From Thermoanaerobaculia bacterium (lineage in GTDB: Bacteria > Acidobacteriota > Thermoanaerobaculia > Multivoradales > Multivoraceae), in NCBI GenBank assembly GCA_965232105.1, contig OZ246956.1, forward strand, positions 386,499 through 450,498: a DNA stretch of 64,000 nucleotides. Direction: 5' to 3'. The translations under genes and the position numbers were made by a program. The notes beneath the pieces were generated by a model. The model saw only the letters and a list, made by a program, of their open reading frames with translations. It did not search any database and had not been told where the DNA came from. Within the stretch, counting starts at the first letter, position 1. Each line of letters opens with the position of its first letter. Below, piece by piece: positions 10,142-19,559 of the stretch.

Positions 10142-12253
10142 GTGACGGGAGCGTCGATGCAACTCGAAAGTTCGGACCAGATACGCAACCTCGCCGTCGT
10201 CGGACACAACGACACCGGCAAGACGACGCTGCTCGCCGGCCTCCTCTACACCGGCGGCGTCTTCAACCGGCAGAACCGGGTCGAGGACGGCAACACGGTC
10301 ACGGACTTCGACGACGAAGAGATTCGTCGCGGCATCTCGATCGGCCTCGCCGTCTGCTACACGCCCTGGTCGGACGGCTCGGACGAACACAAGGTCAACC
10401 TGATCGACTGCCCGGGCTCCGGGATCTTCGTCCACGAGACCAGCTCGGGGATGCGGGCGGCCGACGCCGCCCTGCTGTGCCTGAACGCCGCCGCGCCAAC
10501 GCAGGTCATGGCGGAGAAGGCCTGGGAGATCGCGGCGGGAATCGACCAGCCGGTCATGCTGCACCTGGCGAAGATGGACCGCGACAACATCGACTTCGAG
10601 GGCTGTATCGCCGAAATCCAGCAGAACTTCGACCGCATGGCGTTGCCCGTGCAGATCCCGATCGGCGAGGGCAAGGACTTCACCGGCGTGGTCGACCTGC
10701 TCAGCCGCAAGGCGTATGTCTACGACCGGGACGGCGCCGGCCGCAGCAAGCCCTCGGAACCTCCGGCCGAACTCGAAGGACAGATCGACGAGTGGCGAGG
10801 CAAGCTCACGGAAGCGGTCGCCGAGAGCGACGACGACCTGATGGAGGCCTACTTCGATCAGGGCGACCTCGATCAGGACCAGTTGGTCGAGGGGCTCAAG
10901 AATGCGATCAGGAACCGGGCGCTGTTCCCGGTCACGATGTCCTCCGCCGGTCACGGCATCGGCAACTCGGCCCTGCTCGACGCGGTGGTCAAGCTGCTGC
11001 CGTCGCCCGCAGGCGCGCCGCCGATGCCGGCCGCCGACATCGGCGGAGAGCCCGTGGAGATCGAGCGCGGCGACGGCGCGCCGGTCAGCGCGATCGTCTT
11101 CAAGACGCTGAACGACCCCTTCACCGGGCGCATCTCCCTGCTCCGCGTGGCCGCGGGCCGCATGACCTCCGACACGAGCTACTGGAACGCCCGGCGGGAG
11201 GGGGCCGAGCGCGTCGGCCACCTGATGCACATGCAGGGCAAGACCGGCCAGGACGTGCCTCAACTCGTCGAGGGCGACATTGGCGGCGTGGCGAAGCTCA
11301 AGAGCAGCGTCACCGGTGACTCGATCACGAGCCGTGAACGGCCCCTGCACCTCGGCTTCCCCAATCCTCCGGTCGCCGCGATCTCGTTCGCGATCGAGCC
11401 GAAGACGAAGGGCGACGAAGAGAAGATCGGCGAGGCGGTGCTCCGGCTGGTCGAGGAGGATCCGAGCCTGCGCGCCGGCCGCGACCCGCAGACGGGCGAG
11501 TTCCTCCTCTCGGGCGCCGGTCAGCTCCACGTAGAGATCGCGGTTTCGAAGTTGAAGGCCCGCTCCAAGGTCGAGGTCATCCTTCACCCGCCCAAGGTGC
11601 CCTATCGCGAAGCGATCAGAAGGCCCGCGGTCGGCCACGGCCGGCACAAGAAGCAGAGCGGCGGCCGCGGCCAGTTCGCCGACTGCACGATCACGATGGA
11701 ACCGGTCGCCACGCCGGAGGACTACGAGTTCGTCGACGAGATCTTCGGCGGCTCGATCCCCCAGAACTACCGCCCGGCCGTCGAGAAAGGCCTGCTCGAA
11801 GCGGCCGCACGCGGCTACCTGGCCGGTTACCCGGTAGGCAACTTCCGGGTCCGCCTCCAGGACGGCAAGTACCACGACGTCGACTCGTCGGAAATGGCCT
11901 TCAAGGTCGCCGGCTCCCTCGCCTTCAAGGACGCGATGGCGAAGGCCGCCCCCACCCTCCTCGAACCCGTGATGCAGGTGGACATCAACACGACCGAGGA
12001 CTTCATGGGCGACATCATGAGCGACCTCTCCTCCCGCCGGGGCCGCCCCCAAGGCATGGAAGCCAAGGGCAGCGCCCAGATCGTCAAGGCCACGGTCCCC
12101 ATGGCCGAAATGCTGACCTACGCCCCCGCCCTCCGGTCAATGACCCAGGGCCGCTCCAGCTTCACGATGACGTTCTCCCACTACGAAGAAGTCCCCCGCC
12201 AGATCCAGGAGAAGATCATCGCCGAAGCGAAGCGGGCGGAAGAAGAGGACTAG
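10142..12253 (+). CDS. Elongation factor G paralog (EF-G-like translational GTPase) with degenerate G3 and G4 motifs
   Basis: 703 aa, collinear with the fusA product in this same window through the G domain and domains II-V. P-loop 'GHNDTGKT' is intact. G3 is 'DCPGSG' where canonical fusA has 'DTPGHV', so the catalytic His is lost. G4 is 'AKMD' where canonical has 'NKMD'. The domain IV loop is 'GQFADC' where fusA has 'GQYGHC'. Start is GTG 10142; ATG 10157 is an alternative. Confidence 0.8.
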   Translation: MTGASMQLESSDQIRNLAVVGHNDTGKTTLLAGLLYTGGVFNRQNRVEDGNTVTDFDDEEIRRGISIGLAVCYTPWSDGSDEHKVNLIDCPGSGIFVHETSSGMRAADAALLCLNAAAPTQVMAEKAWEIAAGIDQPVMLHLAKMDRDNIDFEGCIAEIQQNFDRMALPVQIPIGEGKDFTGVVDLLSRKAYVYDRDGAGRSKPSEPPAELEGQIDEWRGKLTEAVAESDDDLMEAYFDQGDLDQDQLVEGLKNAIRNRALFPVTMSSAGHGIGNSALLDAVVKLLPSPAGAPPMPAADIGGEPVEIERGDGAPVSAIVFKTLNDPFTGRISLLRVAAGRMTSDTSYWNARREGAERVGHLMHMQGKTGQDVPQLVEGDIGGVAKLKSSVTGDSITSRERPLHLGFPNPPVAAISFAIEPKTKGDEEKIGEAVLRLVEEDPSLRAGRDPQTGEFLLSGAGQLHVEIAVSKLKARSKVEVILHPPKVPYREAIRRPAVGHGRHKKQSGGRGQFADCTITMEPVATPEDYEFVDEIFGGSIPQNYRPAVEKGLLEAAARGYLAGYPVGNFRVRLQDGKYHDVDSSEMAFKVAGSLAFKDAMAKAAPTLLEPVMQVDINTTEDFMGDIMSDLSSRRGRPQGMEAKGSAQIVKATVPMAEMLTYAPALRSMTQGRSSFTMTFSHYEEVPRQIQEKIIAEAKRAEEED

Positions 12254-12373
12254 CGAAGCGGAGCGGATTCGGAGGCGCGGCTACGCCGCGCGGCGCGCGC
12301 CGCTGGCGCGCGGCGGACAGGCGGAGGACGCACCCGCCTGCTGCGGTCCGGGGAGAGGGTGCCAGGGGCCGCT

Positions 12374-12422
12374 CGCTTCGCGAGAACGCCCGGATGCCGG
12401 CCAGAGGGCCGGCGCACCCAGT
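12374..12422 (+). repeat. REP-like structured repeat, copy 1 (two GC hairpins followed by GCACCCAGT), immediately 3' of rplQ
   Basis: 'CTCGC-TTC-GCGAG ... GCCGGCC-AGAG-GGCCGGC-GCACCCAGT'. Shares its core with copies at 48432, 58203 and (reverse-complemented) 49908. Confidence 0.6.
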
Positions 12423-12428
12423 GCGTCT

Positions 12429-12791
12429 CTACTCGTCGTTGTCGACGAACTCGATGACGGCGCGTTCGGCGGCGTCGCCGCGGCGCGGGCCGAGCTTCGT
12501 GATGCGGAGGTAGCCGCCTGGGCGGTCGGCATAGCGGGGGCCGATTTCGTCGAAGAGTTTCTTGACGTGGTCGCGGTTGGGAAGCCAGCGGCGGACCAGG
12601 CGCCGGGCGTGGACGGAGTCCTCGCGGCTGCGGGTGATGAGCTTCTCGGCGACCGGGCGCAGGGCCTTGGCCTTGGCGAGGGTCGTCTGGATCCGGCCGT
12701 GATCGACCAGCGAGGCGAGCATGTTGCGGAACATTGCCCGCCGGTGGGCCGTGGTCCGACCCAGTTTCTTGTAGCCAACTCCGTGACGCAT
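12429..12791 (-). CDS. rplQ: 50S ribosomal protein L17
   Basis: 120 aa starting 'MRHGVGYKKLGRTTAHRRAMFRNM...'. It is the last gene of the alpha operon. Confidence 0.95.
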   Translation of the reverse strand: MRHGVGYKKLGRTTAHRRAMFRNMLASLVDHGRIQTTLAKAKALRPVAEKLITRSREDSVHARRLVRRWLPNRDHVKKLFDEIGPRYADRPGGYLRITKLGPRRGDAAERAVIEFVDNDE

Positions 12792-12832
12792 GATCGCTCC
12801 TTCCCGGGAAGCTCGAAAGCGGTCCGCGGCCC

Positions 12833-13819
12833 TCAGGCCTGGACGCTGGTCTCCGCGTTCTCAGGAACTTCCATGCCGAAGGACAGTCCCATCCGGTCGA
12901 GCACTTCCTGGATCTCTTCTAGCGACTTGCGGCCGAAGTTCTTCGTCTCCAGCATCTCCTTCTCGCTCCGCGCGACGAGGTCGGCCACCGTATTGATGTT
13001 CGCGTTCCTCAGGCAGTTCGCCGAACGAACGCTCAGGTCCAGATCGTCGATTTCCTTCCGGAGCATGGCGCTCAGATCGCTCCCGTCGACTTCCTCCTCT
13101 GCCGCTGCTTCAACAACCAGGCTCTCCTCGGCGTCGATGAAGATGGCCAGATGATCGCGCAGCAGGGCGCCAGCGCGGGAGATTCCCTCTTCCGGTGTCA
13201 CCGTTCCGTCCGTCCAGACCTCGACGATCAGTCGCTCGTAGTCGGTGGTCCGGCCGAGGCGTGCCGACTCGACGCGATAGTTCACCCGCTTCACCGGGCT
13301 ATGAACCGAGTCGAGCGGAATCCAGCCGATTCCCATCGACTCGTCGAGATTTCGGTCGGCGCCGACGTAGCCGCGTCCGTTCTTGACCTGCGCCTCGAGG
13401 CGGAGCCGACCCCGTTCGTTCAGAGTCGCCACCTTGCTCTTCGGGTCGCGGATCTCGACGCTCGGGTCGCCGTTGAAGTCGGCGGCGGTCACCTCGCGCG
13501 GCCCTGACACGTCCAGCGTGATCACGCGTGTCGTGTCGTCGAAGGACCGCAGAGGCACCTGTTTCAGGTTCAGAATGATGTCCGTCGTGTCCTCGACCAC
13601 CCCTTCGAGTGAAGAGAACTCGTGCAGTGCGCCCTCGATCCGCACCGCGGTAATCGCGGCGCCCTCGATTGCCGACAGGAGGCTACGCCGCAAAGCGTTG
13701 CCCACGGTGGCGCCGAAGCCGCGTTCAAACGGCTGGGCCGTGAATCTGCCGTACGTGTCGGTCAGAGTATCGGTATCGATCTCGATCCGCTTCGGGCGTT
13801 GAAATCCCTTCCAGAGCAT
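12833..13819 (-). CDS. rpoA: DNA-directed RNA polymerase subunit alpha
   Basis: Starts 'MLWKGFQRPKRIEIDTD...', with N-terminal dimerisation domains and an alpha-C-terminal domain (CTD). Start ATG at 13819 is preceded by AGGAG. The ORF track over-extends the gene 5' to 13888. Confidence 0.95.
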   Translation of the reverse strand: MLWKGFQRPKRIEIDTDTLTDTYGRFTAQPFERGFGATVGNALRRSLLSAIEGAAITAVRIEGALHEFSSLEGVVEDTTDIILNLKQVPLRSFDDTTRVITLDVSGPREVTAADFNGDPSVEIRDPKSKVATLNERGRLRLEAQVKNGRGYVGADRNLDESMGIGWIPLDSVHSPVKRVNYRVESARLGRTTDYERLIVEVWTDGTVTPEEGISRAGALLRDHLAIFIDAEESLVVEAAAEEEVDGSDLSAMLRKEIDDLDLSVRSANCLRNANINTVADLVARSEKEMLETKNFGRKSLEEIQEVLDRMGLSFGMEVPENAETSVQA

Positions 13820-13898
13820 GTTGACTCCTACTATCTCGATTGCGTTCCAGGTGGAAACGTGTGATGTCTCGGTGCGGTCCAGCGGCAAAACGCCGGGT

Positions 13899-14276
13899 TC
13901 AGACCCGACGCCGCTTGCGAGGACGGCAGCCGTTGTGTGGTATTGGGGTCACGTCACGGATCGATCGGATGCTGATGCCGGTGGCCTGCAGGGCTCTGAC
14001 CGCCGATTCGCGACCGCCTCCCGGCCCCTTGACCAGCACGTCGACCGACCGCACGCCAAGGTCCTTGGCCTGATAGCCCACCGCCTGCGCGGCCACCTGA
14101 GCCGCGAAGGGCGTTCCCTTGCGGGACCCCTTGAAACCGTTTCGGCCCGACGACGACCAGGTCAGGACATTGCCGTCCGGATCGCTGATGCAGACCAGTG
14201 TGTTGTTGAAGGTCGCATTGACGTGCGCCACGGCGTGGGGCACGACCCGCTTTTCCTTCTTCCTCGCTTTTGCCAT
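13899..14276 (-). CDS. rpsK: 30S ribosomal protein S11
   Basis: 125 aa starting '[26 protein letters not shown]...'. Confidence 0.95.
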   Translation of the reverse strand: MAKARKKEKRVVPHAVAHVNATFNNTLVCISDPDGNVLTWSSSGRNGFKGSRKGTPFAAQVAAQAVGYQAKDLGVRSVDVLVKGPGGGRESAVRALQATGISIRSIRDVTPIPHNGCRPRKRRRV

Positions 14277-14392
14277 CTAGTGTTGTGTCTCCGCTTTGGT
14301 TTGCCAGATGAAGCTAGCTATGGTGTGGGTACTCTCGTGTCGGCCGCCTGTGAGCCGCTCCCGGCGACACAACACATAGGTATCCCTCTCGC

Positions 14393-14773
14393 CTACTTCC
14401 CGACCTTCTTCCTGCCGGCCACGGTAGCCCGCCGGGGTCCCTTGCGGGTGCGCGCGTTGGTGTGCGTACGCTGGCCACGAACCGGCAGACCCTTGCGGTG
14501 CCTGACACCCCGGTAGCTGCCGATCTCCATCAGGCGCTTGATGCTCTGGGTCACTTCCTTGCGCAGGTCTCCCTCGACCGACCCCGCCTCCTGAACGACC
14601 CGGCGAATACGCCCGGTCTCGTCCTCGGTCAGGTCCCTGACCTTGACCTCGGCGGCGACACCCGCCTGATCCAGCAGCACCAGCGCCCGAGAACGGCCGA
14701 TGCCGTAGATGTAGGTGAGGCCGATGCCGACCTGCTTGTTCTGCGGTAGATCGATCCCTGCGATTCTCGCCAT
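14393..14773 (-). CDS. rpsM: 30S ribosomal protein S13
   Basis: 126 aa starting '[26 protein letters not shown]...'. Confidence 0.95.
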   Translation of the reverse strand: MARIAGIDLPQNKQVGIGLTYIYGIGRSRALVLLDQAGVAAEVKVRDLTEDETGRIRRVVQEAGSVEGDLRKEVTQSIKRLMEIGSYRGVRHRKGLPVRGQRTHTNARTRKGPRRATVAGRKKVGK

Positions 14774-14794
14774 TCCAGCTCTCTCCCGTCCTGC

Positions 14795-14908
14795 TCAGCC
14801 TTGCCGTTGCTTGTGCTTGGGGTTCTCACAGATGACGCGGATCACACCGCGACGCCGGACCACCTTGCACTTCACGCACATCCGTTTTACTGACGCTCGC
14901 ACCTTCAT
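14795..14908 (-). CDS. rpmJ: 50S ribosomal protein L36
   Basis: Hand-translated 37-aa ORF '[37 protein letters not shown]', which is not in the ORF track. It carries the canonical zinc-ribbon Cys/His pattern and sits between infA and rpsM. Confidence 0.9.
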   Translation of the reverse strand: MKVRASVKRMCVKCKVVRRRGVIRVICENPKHKQRQG

Positions 14909-14938
14909 GATGGATCTCCTTCGATTCGAAACCGGCCG

Positions 14939-15166
14939 TCAGGTCCGCAACCTGTACACGATCCGGCCACGGCCGGGGTCGTAGGGCGAAAGTTCGACCA
15001 GGACGCGATCGCCCGGGAGGATCCGGATGAAGTGCTTGCGCATCTTGCCCGAGATGTGGGCCAAGGCCTGGTGCTTGTTGTCAAGCTCGACCTTGAAGAC
15101 TGCGTTCGGCAGTGTCTCCACCACCATTGCCTCGACTTCGATCGCCTCTTCTTTCTTCACGCCCAA
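14939..15166 (-). CDS. infA: Translation initiation factor IF-1
   Basis: 75 aa starting '[55 protein letters not shown]' (S1-like OB fold). Confidence 0.9.
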   Translation of the reverse strand: MGVKKEEAIEVEAMVVETLPNAVFKVELDNKHQALAHISGKMRKHFIRILPGDRVLVELSPYDPGRGRIVYRLRT

Positions 15167-15197
15167 TATCCCTTCGCCCTCTTGCTTCCTCTTTGGT

Positions 15198-15947
15198 TCA
15201 AGCCGCCAAGCCCAGTACGCGCGCTCCGGCCTCCGTCACCACGACCGAGTGCTCGAAGTGAGCCGACAACGATCCATCCTTCGTTCTCGCCGTCCAACCG
15301 TCTCCATCCATCTTCACGGCCCGGCTTCCGGCGTTGACCATCGGCTCAATCGCCAACACCATGCCTGACCGCAACTCGATGCCACGACCCCGCCGGCGAT
15401 AGTTCGGCACTTCCGGTTCCTCGTGAAGTGCTGAACCGATGCCGTGACCGACGAAATCGCGGACCACGGAGAACCCGCGATCCTTGACGTACCGCTCAAC
15501 CGCTCGACCGATGTCGTGCAGCCATCTGCCGGGCGCCACGCAGTCCAAGGCCACATCCAGGGCCCGGCGAGTGACTTCCAGCAAGCGTGCGGCCTGCTCC
15601 GAGACCGCACCTACACGGTACGTGCGCGCAGCATCGCCATAGTAACCCGAAAACTCCACCCCGCAGTCGATGCTGACGATGTCTCCATCCTCGAGAGGCA
15701 CGTCATTCGGGATGCCGTGGACGATCACGTCGTTCACCGAGGTGCACAAAGTGGCCGGAAACCCCCGGTAACCGAGAAAGGCCGGTCGGCCGCCACGCTC
15801 GCGAATCGAGGCCTCCGCATGAGCATCGAGTTCGCGCGTGGTGACTCCGGCCTGCAGCCGCCGTTCCAGGGAGGCCAGCACCTCCAGAACGATGCGGTTG
15901 GCGCGCTCCATCAGGTCGAGCTCCTCCTGTGTCTTGAGAGTCACCAT
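15198..15947 (-). CDS. map: Methionine aminopeptidase type I
   Basis: 249 aa with the pita-bread fold and metal ligands (D..D..H..E..E context). Overlaps the adk stop by 1 nt (TGATG). Confidence 0.9.
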   Translation of the reverse strand: MVTLKTQEELDLMERANRIVLEVLASLERRLQAGVTTRELDAHAEASIRERGGRPAFLGYRGFPATLCTSVNDVIVHGIPNDVPLEDGDIVSIDCGVEFSGYYGDAARTYRVGAVSEQAARLLEVTRRALDVALDCVAPGRWLHDIGRAVERYVKDRGFSVVRDFVGHGIGSALHEEPEVPNYRRRGRGIELRSGMVLAIEPMVNAGSRAVKMDGDGWTARTKDGSLSAHFEHSVVVTEAGARVLGLAA

Positions 15948-16519
15948 CAGGCGGCTCTCCCTTCGGCCAGCGCCGACTCGATCGCCGCAGTCACCTGTTC
16001 GATGCCGACGTTGCCGTTGACCCGGCGCAGCAGGCCGAGGCGCTCGTAGTGAGAGATCAGGGGTTCCGTCTGCACGGCGTAAACCTGCAGCCGTTCGCGC
16101 ACGACCTCCTCCCGGTCATCCGCGCCCCTGCCCCTCAGGACAATGCGCTGAACCAGCACCTCGTCGGGAACATCGATCGTCACCACATGGTCGAGCTCGC
16201 GACCGTTCAGGATCTCTTCGAGGGTCCCGGCCTGCGGCGCGGTGCGCGGATAGCCGTCGAGCAGGAACCCACCCGCGGCGTCGTCCTGGGCCAGACGGTC
16301 CCGAACCACGTCGGCCATCAAGTCGTCGTCGACCAGGGCGCCGGAGGCCATCACACCCTCCACCCGCCGACCCAACTCGCTGCCAGCGGCGACCGCGGCC
16401 CGCAGCATGTCACCGGTCGAGATGGCCGGCACACCGAGCGACACTTCCAGGCGTTCGGCCTGGGTACCCTTGCCGCAACCGGGCGCTCCGAGCAGCACGA
16501 TGCGGAGAGGATCACCCAC
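15947..16519 (-). CDS. adk: Adenylate kinase
   Basis: P-loop 'GAPGCGKGTQ'; 190 aa. Confidence 0.9.
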   Translation of the reverse strand: MGDPLRIVLLGAPGCGKGTQAERLEVSLGVPAISTGDMLRAAVAAGSELGRRVEGVMASGALVDDDLMADVVRDRLAQDDAAGGFLLDGYPRTAPQAGTLEEILNGRELDHVVTIDVPDEVLVQRIVLRGRGADDREEVVRERLQVYAVQTEPLISHYERLGLLRRVNGNVGIEQVTAAIESALAEGRAA

Positions 16520-17897
16520 GGCGGCCTCGAATCCGGCCCCGCTTCATGAAGCCCTCGTAGTTGCGCATCACGAGCTGGCTCTCGATCTGTTGCAGGGTGT
16601 CCATCGCCACGCTGACGACGATCAGGAGCGACGTGCCGCCGAAGTAGAAATTGATCCCCATGCCCTCGGTCAGCCAGAGCGGCGCGACCCGGTCCAGGGT
16701 AGCGCCAACGAACGGAAGCCCACCGACCTTGAAGCCGGCGATCAGGAACTCCGGCAACACCGAAACGCCCGCCAAGTAGAGAGAACCGACCAGGGTCAAC
16801 CGCGTCAGCACCTTGTCGATGTACTCCGAAGTGCGCCTGCCGGAGCGGATGCCGGGAATGAACCCGCCGTACTTGCGCATGTTCTCGGCAAGATCGTTCG
16901 GATTGAAGATGATCGAGACGTAGAAGTACGAGAAGAAGATGATCGCCGTCACGTAGAACAGGTAGTAGATCGGCTGGCCCCACTGCAGCGCGGTGGCGAT
17001 CCGCTGGATCGGTTCGTACTGGATCATTCCCGCGACGGTGGCCGGCACAGTGACGACGGAACTCGCGAAGATGACCGGAATCACGCCGCCGGTGTTCACC
17101 CGCAGGGGCAGGTAGGTGCTCTGCCCGCCGTACTGGCGCCGGCCGACGATCCGCTTGGCGTACTGCACCGGGATACGCCGTTGCGCCCGCTCCATGTAGA
17201 CGATGAAGGCAACGACCACGAGCATGAAGGCCGACAGGAAGAGGATCTTGAGCAGGGACATCGCGCCGCTCTGCATTTGGCTGAAGAGCGTCAGGACGGC
17301 GCCCGGCAGGCCCACCACGATGCCGGCGAAGATGATCAGGGAGATGCCGTTGCCGATACCCCGCTCGCTGATCTGCTCGCCCAGCCACATGACGAAGGCG
17401 CAGCCCGTGGTCAGCGAGAGCACGGTCATGAACTTGAACCCGAGACCCGGGTTGAAGACCAGGGGCGCGCCTCCCGGCGAGGTCAGGTTCTCCAGGAAGA
17501 AGGCGATGCTCGTGGCCTGAATGATCGAGATGACCACCGTTCCGTACCGCGTGTACTGGGTGATCTTCCGCCGGCCCATCTCGCCTTCCTTCGAGAGCTT
17601 CTCGAGGTAGGGCCAGACCACGGTCAGCAACTGCAGAATGATGGACGCCGAGATGTACGGCATGATGCCGAGCGCGAAGATCGCCACCCGGCCCAGGCTG
17701 CCGCCGGTGAACGTGTTGACGAACCCCAGCACGGTGCCCTGCATCTGTTCCATGAACTCGAGCAGAGCCTGGGGATCGATCCCCGGCGTCGGAATGATGC
17801 AGCCGATGCGGTACACGGCCAGCAGGCCGAACATGAACAACACGCGCTTCCGGAGATCCGGAATCGCGAAGATGTTGCGAAAACTCTCGACGCCCAC
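16512..17897 (-). CDS. secY: Preprotein translocase subunit SecY
   Basis: 461 aa polytopic membrane protein in the canonical position after rplO. Confidence 0.95.
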   Translation of the reverse strand: MGVESFRNIFAIPDLRKRVLFMFGLLAVYRIGCIIPTPGIDPQALLEFMEQMQGTVLGFVNTFTGGSLGRVAIFALGIMPYISASIILQLLTVVWPYLEKLSKEGEMGRRKITQYTRYGTVVISIIQATSIAFFLENLTSPGGAPLVFNPGLGFKFMTVLSLTTGCAFVMWLGEQISERGIGNGISLIIFAGIVVGLPGAVLTLFSQMQSGAMSLLKILFLSAFMLVVVAFIVYMERAQRRIPVQYAKRIVGRRQYGGQSTYLPLRVNTGGVIPVIFASSVVTVPATVAGMIQYEPIQRIATALQWGQPIYYLFYVTAIIFFSYFYVSIIFNPNDLAENMRKYGGFIPGIRSGRRTSEYIDKVLTRLTLVGSLYLAGVSVLPEFLIAGFKVGGLPFVGATLDRVAPLWLTEGMGINFYFGGTSLLIVVSVAMDTLQQIESQLVMRNYEGFMKRGRIRGRRG

Positions 17898-17909
17898 TTG
17901 TCAGCTCCG

Positions 17910-18344
17910 TCAGGCGATCTCTTCGCAGGCGCCGCCGGCGCCTTCGATCTTGGCGCGCGCGGATGCGCTGAAGCGGTGCGCCCGGACGGTCACCCCGGCC
18001 GGTGCATCGCCAACGCCCAGAACCTTCAGCTTCATGCCCCGGCGCACACGGCCGTGGGAAACGAGGAGTTCCACGTCGACCACAACGCCTAGACCGTCCA
18101 GGTCGCCGACGTTGATCACCGTGTACTCGGTGCGGAAGATGTTGGTGAACCCGCGCTTCGGGACGCGCCGCACGAGCGGCATCTGGCCGCCCTCGAAGCC
18201 GGCGCGCCGGGAGAATCCCGCGCGCGAGCGCTGGCCCTTGTGGCCACGCCCGGCGGTCTTGCCCGTACCGGATCCCGGTCCACGCCCGACCCGCTTGCGC
18301 GGACGGCGGCTTCCCGGCGCCGGTTTGAGTTCGTGGAGTTTCAT
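17910..18344 (-). CDS. rplO: 50S ribosomal protein L15
   Basis: Starts '[38 protein letters not shown]'. Confidence 0.95.
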   Translation of the reverse strand: MKLHELKPAPGSRRPRKRVGRGPGSGTGKTAGRGHKGQRSRAGFSRRAGFEGGQMPLVRRVPKRGFTNIFRTEYTVINVGDLDGLGVVVDVELLVSHGRVRRGMKLKVLGVGDAPAGVTVRAHRFSASARAKIEGAGGACEEIA

Positions 18345-18345
18345 G

Positions 18346-18543
18346 TCAGTTCTCCTCGGAGTCCCCCACGATCCGGACCAGGTGGGGAATCTTCCGCACC
18401 ATGCCCCGCACCGCCTGGGAGTCCTCCCGCTCGACGATGTGGCGAATGCGCCTCAAGCCGAGACCGCGCAGAACCTCGCGCTGCGGTCTCGGCCTGCCGA
18501 TCGCGCTACGCACCTGCTGAATCCGTATCGTCCTGCCAGCCAC
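18346..18543 (-). CDS. rpmD: 50S ribosomal protein L30
   Basis: GTG start at 18543 with RBS GGAAGGAG, giving '[33 protein letters not shown]...'. The ORF track over-extends the gene to 18600. Confidence 0.85.
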   Translation of the reverse strand: MAGRTIRIQQVRSAIGRPRPQREVLRGLGLRRIRHIVEREDSQAVRGMVRKIPHLVRIVGDSEEN

Positions 18544-19072
18544 TCTCGGCTCCTTCCTGGTCTCCGTTGATCGACGCGCCGTCCAGCGAATCCAGCCCAC
18601 GCAGCGTCCTGACCTGCTCCTCGTTGCGCAGGGAGAGCAGCCCGGCGAAGGTCGCCTTGACGACGTTCTGCGGGTTCGTCGTCCCGAGCGACTTGGTCAG
18701 GATGTCCTGAATGCCGGCGCCCTCGACCACCGCCCGCACCGGGCCGCCGGCGATGACCCCGGTTCCTTCGGAAGCCGGCTTGAGCATCACCCGACCGGCG
18801 CCGAACACACCCACCGTCTCGTGCGGGATCGTCGTTCCAGCCAGCGGTACCCGTACCAGGTTGCGCTTGGCGATCTGAATCCCCTTGCGAATCGCGGATG
18901 GGACCTCCTTCGCCTTGCCCGAGCCGTAGCCGACGCGGCCGGCGCCGTCGCCGATCACAACGAGGGCGGTAAAGGAGAAGTTCTTGCCGCCCTTGACGAC
19001 CTTCGTCACCCGGTTGATGTCGACAACCTGCTCGAAGAACTCGCTGTCGAGATCGATATCTCTTCTAGCCAC
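18506..19072 (-). CDS. rpsE: 30S ribosomal protein S5 (with ~20-aa acidic C-terminal extension overlapping rpmD)
   Basis: Starts '[34 protein letters not shown]...'. The C-terminal tail '...[25 protein letters not shown]' runs 38 nt into the L30 start. Confidence 0.9.
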   Translation of the reverse strand: MARRDIDLDSEFFEQVVDINRVTKVVKGGKNFSFTALVVIGDGAGRVGYGSGKAKEVPSAIRKGIQIAKRNLVRVPLAGTTIPHETVGVFGAGRVMLKPASEGTGVIAGGPVRAVVEGAGIQDILTKSLGTTNPQNVVKATFAGLLSLRNEEQVRTLRGLDSLDGASINGDQEGAESGWQDDTDSAGA

Positions 19073-19118
19073 CGTTCACGTCCCTAGCCAATGTTCGCTC
19101 CTTCGCTTTTCTGCTGCA

Positions 19119-19505
19119 TCAGAACTTCAGGCCTCCGGCGCGAGCGCTATCCGCCAGCGCCCGGATTCGGCCGTGGTAGAGAAAGCCGCCGCGGTCGAAG
19201 ATCACGGATTGCACGCCCCGCTCCTTCGCGCGCGCCGCCAGCGCCTCGCCCACCGCCTGCGCCGCGCTGCAGCTTCCGGTCGAGCCTTCCAACTCCCCGC
19301 AGACTTCCGGCTCCAGCGAGCTCGCGAAGGCCAGGGTGTGTCCCGCCCGATCGTCGATCAGTTGGGCGTAGATGTGCCGGCGGCTCTTGTGGACAGCCAG
19401 ACGCGGACGTTCCTCGGAGCCCCGGATCCTCTTCCGGACCCGGTAGCGCGCGCGGCGCCGACGACGGCTCCGGTCCAATGTTCTCTTTCTGCGCAGGTCG
19501 CTCAT
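19119..19505 (-). CDS. rplR: 50S ribosomal protein L18
   Basis: 128 aa with an Arg-rich N-terminus and 'HIYAQLIDD' motif. Confidence 0.95.
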   Translation of the reverse strand: MSDLRRKRTLDRSRRRRRARYRVRKRIRGSEERPRLAVHKSRRHIYAQLIDDRAGHTLAFASSLEPEVCGELEGSTGSCSAAQAVGEALAARAKERGVQSVIFDRGGFLYHGRIRALADSARAGGLKF

Positions 19506-19559
19506 TGCCTCGATGTCCCTCTTGCCCTGACTACTTGCCCTAACTTCGTACCAAAGTGT

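Noticed and set aside
8726-12052. 1108-aa minus-strand ORF overlapping the second M16 peptidase and the EF-G paralog
   Set aside because: Both plus-strand genes have strong family-level similarity (the M16 fold; full-length EF-G collinearity). The minus frame is Gly/Arg/Asp-rich low-complexity sequence, so it is an antisense artefact.
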